From Amoebophrya sp. A120 (taxonomy: Eukaryota; Protista; Dinoflagellata): a stretch of 64,000 bases of DNA. The notes under the pieces are model-generated. The model did not search any database. It worked only from the letters and a program-made list of their open reading frames with translations, and was not told the origin of the DNA. The DNA lies in NCBI GenBank assembly GCA_905178155.1, contig CAJINV010000006.1, positions 378,398-442,397 on the forward strand, written 5' to 3'. The first letter of the stretch is position 1. Each line of letters starts with the position of its first letter. The translations under genes were made by a program, and so were the position numbers. Below, piece after piece: positions 24,001 through 35,400 of this stretch.

Positions 24001-27000
24001 GCACGCAGCAGCCGTCTCGATGGGATTGGGGTCGTCGTTGGGGATTTTCATCTCGGTTTTTCCCGGCGGGTAACACACCGCCGGACTCGAACGGCCTTTG
24101 TCGTGGTACACCTCCGTTTATCCTGTGCAAAAGTATCGTAGTCGTACAAATGCTAGTAATGCAAGTCTTGCATTACAAATCTTGTTTCCAAGGCAAATCT
24201 GCATTGCAAATTTTATTTCTCATGCTGAGGAACAAATTTGTAATGCATTTATACGAGTACGATACTTTTGCAGTTCATACCGTCCCCAGATCGCTCTCTG
24301 CCTCTTCCTATGCATTGCAAATATCGATCTGGGTCCTCTGGATAATCCATTTCATGCAATACAGATCGTAGCATCACGCAGCTTCCGCATGACAAATCCA
24401 GATCCCGACATCACATTTGCAATGCATACTTCCTCTTCTTCTCCACCCTCCTCCTCTTCCCCGCCTTCGTCCTCGCCACCTTTCTCTTCTTCTTCTTCTG
24501 GATATTCTTCTTCTGGATATTCTTCTTCAGCAGGGTATTGTTCCTCAGGTTCCGGCTCCGGTTGTTTTCGTTTGGGCTCATCATCATCTGCTCCGTCATC
24601 TCCTTGAAATCCGTCATCGCCGTCTTTCTTATCTTCACCGTCCTTCTTCTTATCAAATGCAAAATATGTCTGGGCGGTGTGGAAGGTTGCAACCTGTGAT
24701 CAAGCGTCCTATGGATCACACAAAAATCTGGCTTGCGTGGTCACCTCAAAACTTGCCCTTTTTTGGCCACCATAGGGAGTTCGTCATGCAGGACAGGCAT
24801 GATAGAGATAGACCACTCGCAGAATCTGTCATGCTAGGCCCTGCATTCCAGACCTCATGGGGCATGGAAATTCTGTATGACAAGTTTGGATCCTTCCAGA
24901 CCTCCCAGACTACATATTTGCATTTGATACTTGTTTGACCCCCTCCTCCGCATAAGGTTCATTGGGTTCATGTAGCTTGCCGCTGTTCCCAATCCGCGTA
25001 TCAAAAGGAAAAATCCCCCCCATATCCGCGCGAAGTTCCTGCTGCTGGATTTGCGTACACAGATCAGATTTGTCTTGCAGTAGAGGACTGCAGGCCCATG
25101 GTAAGCCTGAGGAGAGAGGTTTTGGCCTAGGCGCCGAGCATGGCAAACAACATGAATGCTGTCGGCCCAGCAGCATCACAAAGCGCCCGCATAATGCGAC
25201 GGAGCAGCCTGTCGAGTTGCCTTCTTGCAAGACGGAGACGATTTGTGGTCCCAAATCAGCATTGCGAAATTTCTGCGGCGTAACTTTTCGATATGGGGAG
25301 GGGAAATTTTTCCTTACGATACCTCTTTTGGCCGCTTTTGCTCCTCCGTACGCCACGCCCGCGGCTTTCATATGGGTGTGTCAGAGTTGAAATCGACAAA
25401 GTTGAAATAATTTGTCTTCGCATAAAATGGATGCGAGTTGGAACCCAGTTTCTAAGTGGCGCATGACAAATCTCGGTGGTCCCTAAATCCAGTTTGTAAT
25501 GCTGTTTAGGCAAAGAAGAGTGATTTTCTCATGCTACTTTAGCAGCTCGAGCTGTAACCCCAAACAGGCTTACAATCGGCCCCACTTGCCTGCTCTGCAA
25601 CACACGTGCCTCGGGTCATGCGTTTTATGCATTGCAAATTATTTCAACTTTGACGATTTCAAACCTGACGCTTCAATATTTCACGCTTTTCGAGTATCAA
25701 AGTGAAAAGTCCCACCGTCCCATATCAAAGATGAAATTTGTGATGCTGATTTGTGGCCACAAATCACCTTTGTCTTGCCTACAGGGAAATGGGAGCCTTG
25801 TGGCGCATTCTACAGCCAGTCTGTCATGCACTTTCGCGTACTGCAAACCTGTTTGCCATGCCTAATTGCTAGCCATCTGCATACTCGAGGAACAGGCTTG
25901 AAAAATACCGCGAAGCACTTTCTGCAAGACAAAGCTGATTTATTGTGACCACAAATCAGCAGCGCAAAGACAATTATTTCCATCTTGATGTGGGGCGTGG
26001 GGATTTTTCCTCACAATACCGAGGCTGCTTTCTTCGAGAGCTGTTTGCTTTTGGTGATTCCTTTTCCCAGCTTGCCGTGCTCGTAACTCTCTTTCGTTTT
26101 TTGCGCCGCCTCTATAGACTTCTCTTTCGCCTTTTGCGCCTATCCTGAGCAAAAACGTCCCCACTGACTAGTCAAGATGGGGATTTTGCAACACAAACCT
26201 GGAGGCTTTGGGAGTCACGCATGACAAGTTGCAAGCCGTAGTGCAGCTTAGCAAGGACAGTCGCATGACAAATCCATCTGCTCATGCTGTTATTTACAGC
26301 ATTTGCATTACGAATTCCAAAGCACGATAGAAAATGGCTCTCATGGGGATGCGCATTACAAATGTTTCTGCAATTGCAAATCTGCATGACAACTCTGGTG
26401 TGGGGACGTTTCTACTCAGGATAGCGCTCCTTTTTTGGTTTTCTCCTTGAGAAACTGGGCGGTGGTGCGACTGTATCAAATGCAAACATCGATCTGGGCC
26501 TCGAAGAAAGCAAGTTTGTCATGCTTGTCTGGCATGACTCTTGTGACTCTGTGATGCATGTTGAGCAGGGAACATCAAAGGGTCTCTTGTCTGTCATGCA
26601 AAAACGCAATTTGTGATGCGGAAAACGAAACACATGGAAGCTCAAAAAGTGGTCATGCCTGGATGCGTATTCTTCCAGTGTTTGCCATGCCCACGATTCA
26701 CAGATTTGCACCACAAATTTCCAGACCCAGATCGGCATCGGTAGTTGCAATGCATAGACCCTTGTATTCCTTGATATCCAAGTGCTGCGGGCCGCTGTAG
26801 TACCGCAAGTTGGTGCGCATGGTGTCAATCATGGTGAACATTTTGTAGCTATGCTGAGCAAATAAAACGTTCCCCGGCGCCCAGGGCTGTCATGCAAATC
26901 TGCACGCCTAACACGTTTCTCATGCGCGGCCCCATGAGGAGCATTCTCTATATCGTGCTGTCGTGGTATAATTTGCCACCATGCTGAATCAGGCTATTAA

Positions 27001-30000
27001 GGTCGTCGATTTGTAATGCTGTTGTGCTAGCTGAAGCGGGGCGACTACGCTACACGCCCAAACTTGTCATGCGCGACAGCCAAATCTTGTGGATTATTTG
27101 TGTAGCTGATTTCCCATCTTGACTATCAGGTGGAAACGTTTTTGCTTTAGGATAATAGCTGCACTCCCCGCAGTTTTCGAGCAGCGTCTGCGCCTATGCT
27201 GTGCAGAAGTATCGCACTCATAGTAGTAATGATCGCAGTCATGCATTACAACTCCTTCTTAACTTAAATCCGCATGACCAATTCCACTTTTCATCCTGAG
27301 GGGATTTGTCATGCGATTTCTACTAGTACGATGCTTTTGCACAGGATAGCGCCAGGTGCTCGGACACGGTCGGGTGGCCCTTGCCCGCGAGCTCTCGGTC
27401 CAGAATCCCCCTGCTTATCAAATGCAAATGTGTCTGGGTCTACTTGTTATGCTGGGTCAGTATAAACAAGTTTCTGAGCTTCTAGGTGTTGCCTATTCTG
27501 CATGACACACTGCGTTTCTGTATGACAGAAAAGTGGTGCTCTTTGGTAACGTGCATGACAGATTTGAGAGTCGTGCCAGACAAGCATGACAAACATGCAT
27601 TCTTCCAGCAGACCCAGACATATTTGCACCTGATATTGCTCAGCATGCCGCCACTCACCCCGCGGATGCAGTTGTCGGCCGAGGCGACCTATGCAAAAAT
27701 GTCTGGGTCTGGCAGGTCACAACTTGTGATGCTGTTTTCGGATTCTAAACAAATTTGTGTTGCATGACCAGCAAGAGGAGCCCGGTTTGTCCTACGTGGA
27801 GAGGGCATTTCTCATGCGGAATAGGCAACAGGAAGCCCTCCAGAAATCTGTGATACTAGGCCATGCATCACAGACACTCATGGATCAAGCAGAATATGCA
27901 TGACAAACCTCGCAATCTTCCAGACCCAGACATTTTTGCAGTTGATACGAGCAGGTTGGCCGCGTGCAGGTCGCCCTTCTCCAATAAGGCTCCCGTGTCC
28001 TGGGCCTTGCTTCGGAAGGGTAGGTATGCATTGCAAATATCCCTGGAGGTCTGGAAGGTTGGAACTTGTAATGCTAGCTTTCCATACCTAGGAAATCTGT
28101 ATTGCAAGTAACCAACAAAAGTCCTCGCGGCCTCTTTTGTACATGCAAAAACGCAGTTTCTCATGCGGGTTGCCATCTATGAGGAAGCGTTCTGGAAAGT
28201 TGTCATGTGCCTGGGTTGCATTTGGAACTCTTTCTATCATCCACATTTTAGCATTACAAGTTTCCAGAGGACCCAGACATATTTGCAACTGATAGTAGGT
28301 GCATGCCAACAGCCGCGGTGCGGGTGGAAGCCGCGGCGGTGCCCGGGAGCACTTTCTGGTAACAAATTACGCGGGCGAACTCGTGCAGAATCGGACTCGT
28401 CTCGCCAAAAACTTTTCCCGCCAGGGACAAGACCACCACGTCATCCGCTGGGTATTGCCGGTCCGCTTGCCGCCCTAGCCCGGTACTGGCAACCTTGGCA
28501 TTGATGACCAGAAATTTGTCGTAGTTCTCCAAAAATTTGTTGTAGGCTTGCTTTTTCGTGTTGAAAACGAGCATGCGGTCCCCGGCGTCGTTCGATTCGG
28601 TCCTTTTTATCGTAAGGAAAAATCCCCCCTCCCCATATCGAAGCGGTATATTTCCGAAAGTTTGCGTTGCTGATTTGAGACCACAAATCACGTCTGTCTT
28701 GCAAGAAGACAAGTGCAGAGGCTTCCACGCCATTGTGGAAGCGATTTGGCATGCTGTTGCGCCTAGGGGACAGCCGTTAGTAATGCTCAACAACTAGTAG
28801 ACCCAAACGCCCCGCCTACCTAGGCCGAGGATCTGGCTGCGATGCCCTATTGCAAGACAGCGCGCATTTGTGTACGGAAACCCAGCATCAGAAACTTCGT
28901 CTCGATATGGGGAGGCGGCATTTTTCCTTACGACACTTTTCTCCAGCGAGCGATACTTGTCTTTCACCTCCTTCATCTTGTTAATGGACTGTTTTACCAT
29001 ATGGCGTTCTCAGTTGTTACATTCTCAACTGTTACATGACTTTGTGATGCAAGAATGGCAACAGGAAATAAGGCCGGATCTTGCAACTCTCGCATTACAA
29101 ATTCGGCACAGATTCCCATGCTGTTTAGCCCTTCCAAAGTTTGTCATGCGAGGCAGCTTCACTGTGTGGACGTTGATGCTCATTTTGCATGACAAATCAT
29201 GTAACAGTTGAGAATGTAACATTTGAGAACGCCATACACCATATCGTTCAGATGTGCCTGGGGGCAGATCTCGTGTGTGGGAATGGTGGACTCCATCCGC
29301 AATTCGCCCCAAAGCGAGGTCATGATGCCCCGATAGGTTGGCCGTGGTAATTTCCGAGCCGTGACGGAGGACATAATGAAATCTGTACAGAGCTTTTTCT
29401 TACTCAGGTTCATCCACTCCTTCTCGCATTTCTCCTTCAACTCTTCATCCCCCTCCATCGCCATCGTGTCCTCCGTATACATTGCAAGAGCATCGTACTA
29501 GTTAGTAGTAAAATCGCAATACAAATTTGCTTACTGTGACATCAAATGGAATTTGCTATGCTGATTTAGCTTGGAAAGGAGATTTGTCTTGCATGATTGC
29601 GATTATTAGTACGAGCACGATACTTATTTTGCAAAGGATACTCCGGGGTTTTGCAGTGCTGCTTGATGATCTGCGGCGGCATCTGGTCGAAGAGTTATCC
29701 TGTGCAAAAGTATCGCACTCGTATTGCAATCATGCATTGCAAATTTCTTTCTTGAGGTAAATCAGCATTACAAATCTAATTTCTCATGCTGAGGAAATTT
29801 GTAATGCATTTATACGAGTTGTACGATGCTTTTGCATTGCATAACAGTTGTGTGCATGCGACCGGCTGAATGAAGCGCTCCAGAAGCTTCACCTGGTTCA
29901 AAGCCTTATGGCCTGCTCAAACGTTACAATCTCAAACGTTACAATAGAATCTGGATTTTGTCTTGCATAATGAGCATGACAGACTCGCAGACCACTCCAC

Positions 30001-31482
30001 TTTCTGCAACACAAATTCGGCAGATTGTAGTGCGGTTTGGGACTCCGGAACTTGTCATGCGCAGTCCTATGAGACTTGGCTAGATCATGCACTTCTTGCA
30101 TCACAGATTTCCAANNNNNNNNNNNNNNNNNNNNNNNNNNNNNNNNNNNNNNNNNNNNNNNNNNNNNNNNNNNNNNNNNNNNNNNNNNNNNNNNNNNNNN
30201 NNNNNNNNNNNNNNTGAGAAGAATGTCCGGCGCGCCCTTCGTTTTTTTTGAGAAGATTCAAAGGGGGCGCGGGGGTCCGAAAGTTCAAGAATATTTATCA
30301 ATATCCGATGTAACGTTTGAGCAGGTCATAAGCTTCTGTGTCCTCTTCGGAGCTCTCTTCTTCTTTGTCCTTTTTCCCCCCGCTCTTCTTGCCCCCACCG
30401 CCACCTTTCTTGTCCTCTTTTTTCTCCTCCTCTTCGTCTTCCTTTCCCGCTGCTTTTGCGTCGCCTTTTGCGCCGGGCTTTTTCTTGTCTTCCTCGCTGT
30501 CATCGTCAGTGTAAGCGTCATCGCCACTGTCGTCGTCGCCGTCGTCCTCCTCGTCTTCAGCCTTGAGCTCCAGCAACGACGCCTCAATCGATGATTCGAT
30601 ATTTTTCGTGATCATGCCGTTTTTCTTTCTCGCCCCCTTGACGCCGTTTTTTTTACCGGATAAAGTAGTAGATGATGACACAACTACTTGCGGTGCCGGG
30701 GAAAGATCGCGACGTCCGTCGGTAGTCATCTTCCGGGTGTCCGGACTACTGGTTTTTATTCCAGACGAGGTGGACGCAGAAGTCTTTCTCATCTCGTTGT
30801 TGTCTTCCAGAAATTGCAACTGCTCTTCGCGTAAAGTCTCGTCGTTCTGGGCCCCCGCTTCTGGGTAGTCGGAAAGCGGATAGAACAAGGACTCCTTCCC
30901 CGAGTCAGCGCGGTTGTTCGTGGAGGCAGATGAAGTGCTACCACCACTGCCCGGTCTTTGTTCCCCCTGTCGTCCGTTCCCGAACGCGGCAATGCAGAAG
31001 GTGGTTAAAACGTCGATCACGTGAAGGAAAACGAGAAACGCGACGGGAAAGAGGATGTACCGCTTTATCAGTCGAAACGTTTTTGTGTTCGCGATCGGGT
31101 CAAATTGGTTGTTCAGGAAATCGAAATTGATGCGAGCTGTATTAAATACCGCTGTCGTTGAAGTCGAACCGGTGGCGGAACTTTTTCTCGCATGATCAGC
31201 TGCCCAGCAGGCGTCTATTTTTCGCTTTCCTCTTCTACTTTCGGACGTTGCAGTAGATGCTGACCTTGTTGGGGCACTAGAAGCAGTAGAACCGTCGGCT
31301 GCATGATCCACATCTCCGCTTGAAGATGTTGTTATTTTTACCGCGCTCCTCGTGCAGCTCCCCGCACTGCCTCCTTCCTGCGGGTTGCTGACAAAATCCT
31401 CGTGACGTTCGACGTCCAGTGGTGGGTCCGGGTTTATTTCGCCCGGGTGGGGCGGAGGTTGACTTGCAGCAGATGCGGACAT
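21032..31482 (-). CDS. Large hypothetical protein (~1,300 aa) with one hydrophobic segment, acidic and Lys-rich tracts and Cys-containing regions, 26 introner introns
   Basis: ATG at 31482; stop after ...GFLAGCRR. Open frame after removing 29907-30330, 29696-29843, 29476-29640, 29000-29236, 28608-28935, 28025-28294, 27690-27947, 27416-27635, 27195-27348, 26850-27154, 26474-26756, 26141-26423, 25695-26018, 25371-25678, 24999-25321, 24651-24929, 24309-24428, 24119-24279, 23634-23882, 23168-23474, 22970-23114, 22319-22580, 21954-22179, 21722-21880, 21435-21675, 21128-21408 (most junctions translated by hand). Confidence 0.8.
21954..22179. mobile_element. Introner family F representative (7 copies, ~217-230 bp)
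   Basis: TIR TATGA.AG(T/C)GCACAACTCCCCCTCCCCCT.ATTTGT; TSD CTGTC. Others at 12580, 42150, 46158, 46852, 54705, 59935. Confidence 0.95.
29000..29236. mobile_element. Introner family I representative (2 copies)
   Basis: TIR TATGGCGTTCTCA..TGTTACATTCTCAACTGTTACATGA, containing an internal tandem repeat; sister copy 21435-21675 (TSD CTCAT). Confidence 0.9.
30115..30214. other. Assembly gap (100 N) inside introner 29907-30330
   Basis: Run of N. The flank 30215-30300 is absent from the sister element 8323-8583, suggesting an unresolved nested insertion. Confidence 0.95.
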
Positions 31483-32467
31483 CTTGTTGATCTTGATTTT
31501 CTATATTTCTTTCGCCGCACGACCCGCAGCACAAACCCCAACTGCCCTCGTGCTCGTGACGCTCTAATGCGGTCGGATGAGTTTCAGCAAGCGCAATCCA
31601 GGCGACGTGCGTTATGCCGTAGCCATTTAAGTGCTTATGCACGCCTGCAAATCCTCACTTTGTTGCAGGAAGTACTTCTTCGCTCAGAAGTTCACAACTA
31701 GCAAGCTCCTCTCGCTCGAAAAAGTTGGAATTTAGACCGCAGTCTAGAAGAAGTCACTCAATGTCATGTGCAGCTTTGTCTGTGTTCTTGCGTCGGTCCT
31801 CTCTGTCTCGCTCTACCCACTGGTTGACGTCGGAAATAACGGAATCAATATACCGCTCGGGGAAAAGTTAAAGTAGAACAGTGAGCGATAGCTACAACTG
31901 AGAAGTGCTGTGCAAATTTCTAATTCCCGCAGACGAAGAGCCTCTTGCTCGGGTGCAACTTCCGGACGAGGCTGTTGAGCGGAATCTTCAACGAGGAGAA
32001 TTATAGCAGATGAATAGATTTTTATATATGGGCTTTGCTTTGTATTTGTGTTCATTTCCGTACAAGTCGGGTGACTTTATCCAGTTTCTTCTTGAGTGAA
32101 AATCTGACAACATCTACCGTGTTGAATAAAAGCTAAATCAGTTTTTCTTAGCCGAGCAAGCTGTTGAAAAAGTCGTCGGTTGTGATAGTTTGAAAAAATG
32201 GTATTTGCTGTTTTTGTTCGTGGTTGTGGTTCCTCAAAGAACCAGGTGGAGGTGGAACCCAAATAAGGTTACCTACGCACGACCCACACGAAGTGATGTT
32301 AAACAACAGTATTGTAGCAAAAACAGGACGAGTAAAAGTTCCGATTGACTTCTGGCACGTAGTCGTGTCGTGGTGTTCCATCCCGACGTGAAAGGTCTCT
32401 CCCTTCCTAATATCTTGCGTCGAAATTATCGTGGATTTCTTTCACGTGACAATCCTTATCCACCTAC

Positions 32468-35400
32468 TTACACCGTACTCTTCTGACAAACAGCCAGCAG
32501 CGGTGGGCGGTCGAAAATCGGGGTTGGCCGGACCCGTTCCTTCAGCCGCTCCACCGGCTGATGTTGTGTTATACATTGCAAATATGTCTGGGTCTGGAAG
32601 ATTGAAACTTGTCATGCTAAATCTGAATCATGCAAAAATCTGTGTTGCGTGACGAGTACCAAAAGCTGTCCACTTTTGACCAAGTTCAGAGGGAGTTTCT
32701 CATGCAGGAAAGGCATTATAGAGACCTGAAAGAATCTGTCATGCTGGGTCTCGCATTCCAGACCTCATGGGTTATGAAGAACCTGCATGACAGGTCTTGC
32801 AACGTTCCAGACCCAGACATTTTTGCATTTGATATGTGTAGTTGCGCTCTGATTCGCGCCTGCAGTGGACCGGCCCGTTGTTCCGGCCCCCGCGATATCC
32901 TGTGCAAAAGTATCGTACTCGTAGTAATTGCAGTCATGCATTACAAATCTCGTTCCCAAGGCAAATCAGCATGACAAATTGCATTTGTCATGCTGAGGGA
33001 ATTTGTCATGCAATTTATACTAGTACGATACTTTTGCAGTTCATACGCGAGGCCAGTTGCATTCGGATTCTGACCTGAACCAGCCGTAGTTGCTTTGTTG
33101 TTCATAATTCCGCCCATCGGAGCTGCCATTTGACCCGCTGTACTCCCGGGTAGATGTTGTTGTGCACCAGTTCTCGCCACAGTTGCCGCAGCCATCGGAG
33201 GTGGCAAGGGTGGACTACTAGCTCCCGCAGCAGCTGCGCTCCCTACAGCTCCAGGCCCGAACGGTGGCTGTGGTCCAGTCGGCGTCGGCAGCAAGTGCGT
33301 GGGCGGCAACGTCGGTGGCAGGGTCGGGGGCAGCACCGGGGCTGAGACACTACTGCCGGTGTTTGCAGCAGCGTTCGGCGCCGTGCTAAACAAGTTCGCG
33401 CCAGCACTCGTCGGGATAGAATTTTTCGAGGATGTTGTAGGCCCAGTTACTCCTGCTCCACTTCCCGGCGTCACTGCGGTCTTCACGGGCGGCATATGAA
33501 ATGCAAAAGCATCGTACTAGTATAAATCGCATGACAAATTCCCTCAGCATGAAAAATGGAATTTGTAATGCGGGTTTAGCTTAAGAGGGAGATTTGTAAT
33601 GCATGATTGCGATTACTACGAGTACGACACTTTTACACGGGATACGGCAGCGGCGGCGGCAACAGAGGCGGCGGGCTTTTGCTCATGGTAGAGGAAGTTT
33701 TCGAATTCGATAATTGGGCTTTATTTTGCACCAGGTCACTTGCATTTTGATTTTGATTTCCACCGGGCGGGGCGGGGGCCACATGTTGAGCATTATTACC
33801 GGCGAAAGAACCATGCGGTTGGTTTTGTTGAAACAACGTGGTCGGGGGCGGCAGCTGGGGTGGGGGGGTTAATGGGTGAGGGGTCGTCGTACTACTCGGC
33901 GAGGGAAGAAATTGGTGATTCTGGTTGATATTTTGGTAGTTGAGATTGTTGCTGTTCTGTGCGCCAGTGGAGGAGAAAACGCCCGCACTTGTAGGAGGTA
34001 GAACTCCACCCGGTTGCTGTATTTGCTCAGAATTGTCGTTTAACATCTTCTCAATTCCCCCATTACGTTCCAGCTTCCGTTTCTCTTCCGGCTCGGAAAA
34101 GTGGTACGAAAAATCGTGCTTCATGCGGTCGAAGAGTGCAGTAGAACTCTCGAGTTCTTCCTGTTGGCCGGAATTTTTGCTATCTACTCCATGATAGTGA
34201 TTTATTTCCGCACTACTATAATCGGGAGTAGTATTTTTAGAGGTTGACACAAGCGCCGCTTTCCCCGGCGTGAAAAAGTTTTCCGGAAGTACATCGTTGT
34301 ATCCGAAAAAAAGCGTGCACATCCCCGCCTTCCCAGCGGGTCTGTAGCTGTCCACTTGTTCCGTGGGCGGCTGCGGGCCACCCGAGGCATGCATATCACT
34401 TCCGTGTTGATCGGCGTGCATATCACTTGCTGCTCCGACCGCATTGTTATTACCCATCATATTACCCACTGTTCGGGGGGAGCTCGCGTTGTAGAGGTAA
34501 TCTGTGTCGAAGACAAAACCCTTTTCGTTCGTCTGGCTCGTTTTGCCGAAGTTCTCCCCGAGGTATTTCCGAATCTCAATCAGCGCGTCATTGGTGCTGG
34601 AACTGAGGACTTTGCAAGAAGTCGAGGAGGTAGAAGAGCTGGTACTAATCTCAGCTGGTCGTGTCGTGGTGCAACCGCCTAGAGATGAAGACAACTGGTC
34701 GTAGTCAGGAACACCCATCATCTCCTCGTCCCCATCAGCATCAAATCGGGCCAAAAACGGGTTCTGCTCCCGGTCCTTCTGAATCGCTTGAAGTTTCTCG
34801 GGGTTGTTCGGATTTTCGTAGTTGGCTGCGTGGAGCAACTATGCAGGCCAAAAGCATCGCACTCGTACCGATTGCGTTTATGCGTCACGCGCCTTTATTT
34901 TCTTACCTTAGGGCAAACCCGCGCTACGAATCTACTTTGCAAGACACTAGGCCAATGGGAGGAAAAAGATGCGCGAACCCGGCACCCATATCCGCACGGC
35001 GTGCGCAGGCTTTTGCCCTTCGGCTCCTCGCCGCCGCGCCCCTGCCAATCAATGGGAAGAAACAGAGGCGCGAACCCGGCACCCATATCCGCATGATGTG
35101 CGCAGGCTTTTGCACTCCGGCTTCTCGCCGCCGCGCTCCTGCCAATCAATGCGAAGAAACAGAGGCGCGAACCCGGCACCCATATCCGCATGGTGTGCGC
35201 AGACTTTTGCGCTCCGGCTCCTCGGCGCCGCGCTCCGGCCAGTCAATGGGAAGCGCAAGAGGCGCGAGCCCGGCACCCATACAAATCATTTGTAAACGCA
35301 ATTTATATGTAGTGCGATGCAATGCATAGCAACACTTTGTTCAAATGGTGGAACGCCGTCTGGGCGGTCATGCAGTCCTGCAGCTCTTCCTCTAATTTCT

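Noticed and set aside
31617-31628. CCGTAGCCATTT, a 12-nt match to the dinoflagellate spliced leader
   Set aside because: Partial, antisense to the adjacent gene and lacking the TGGCTCAAG end; plausible by chance.
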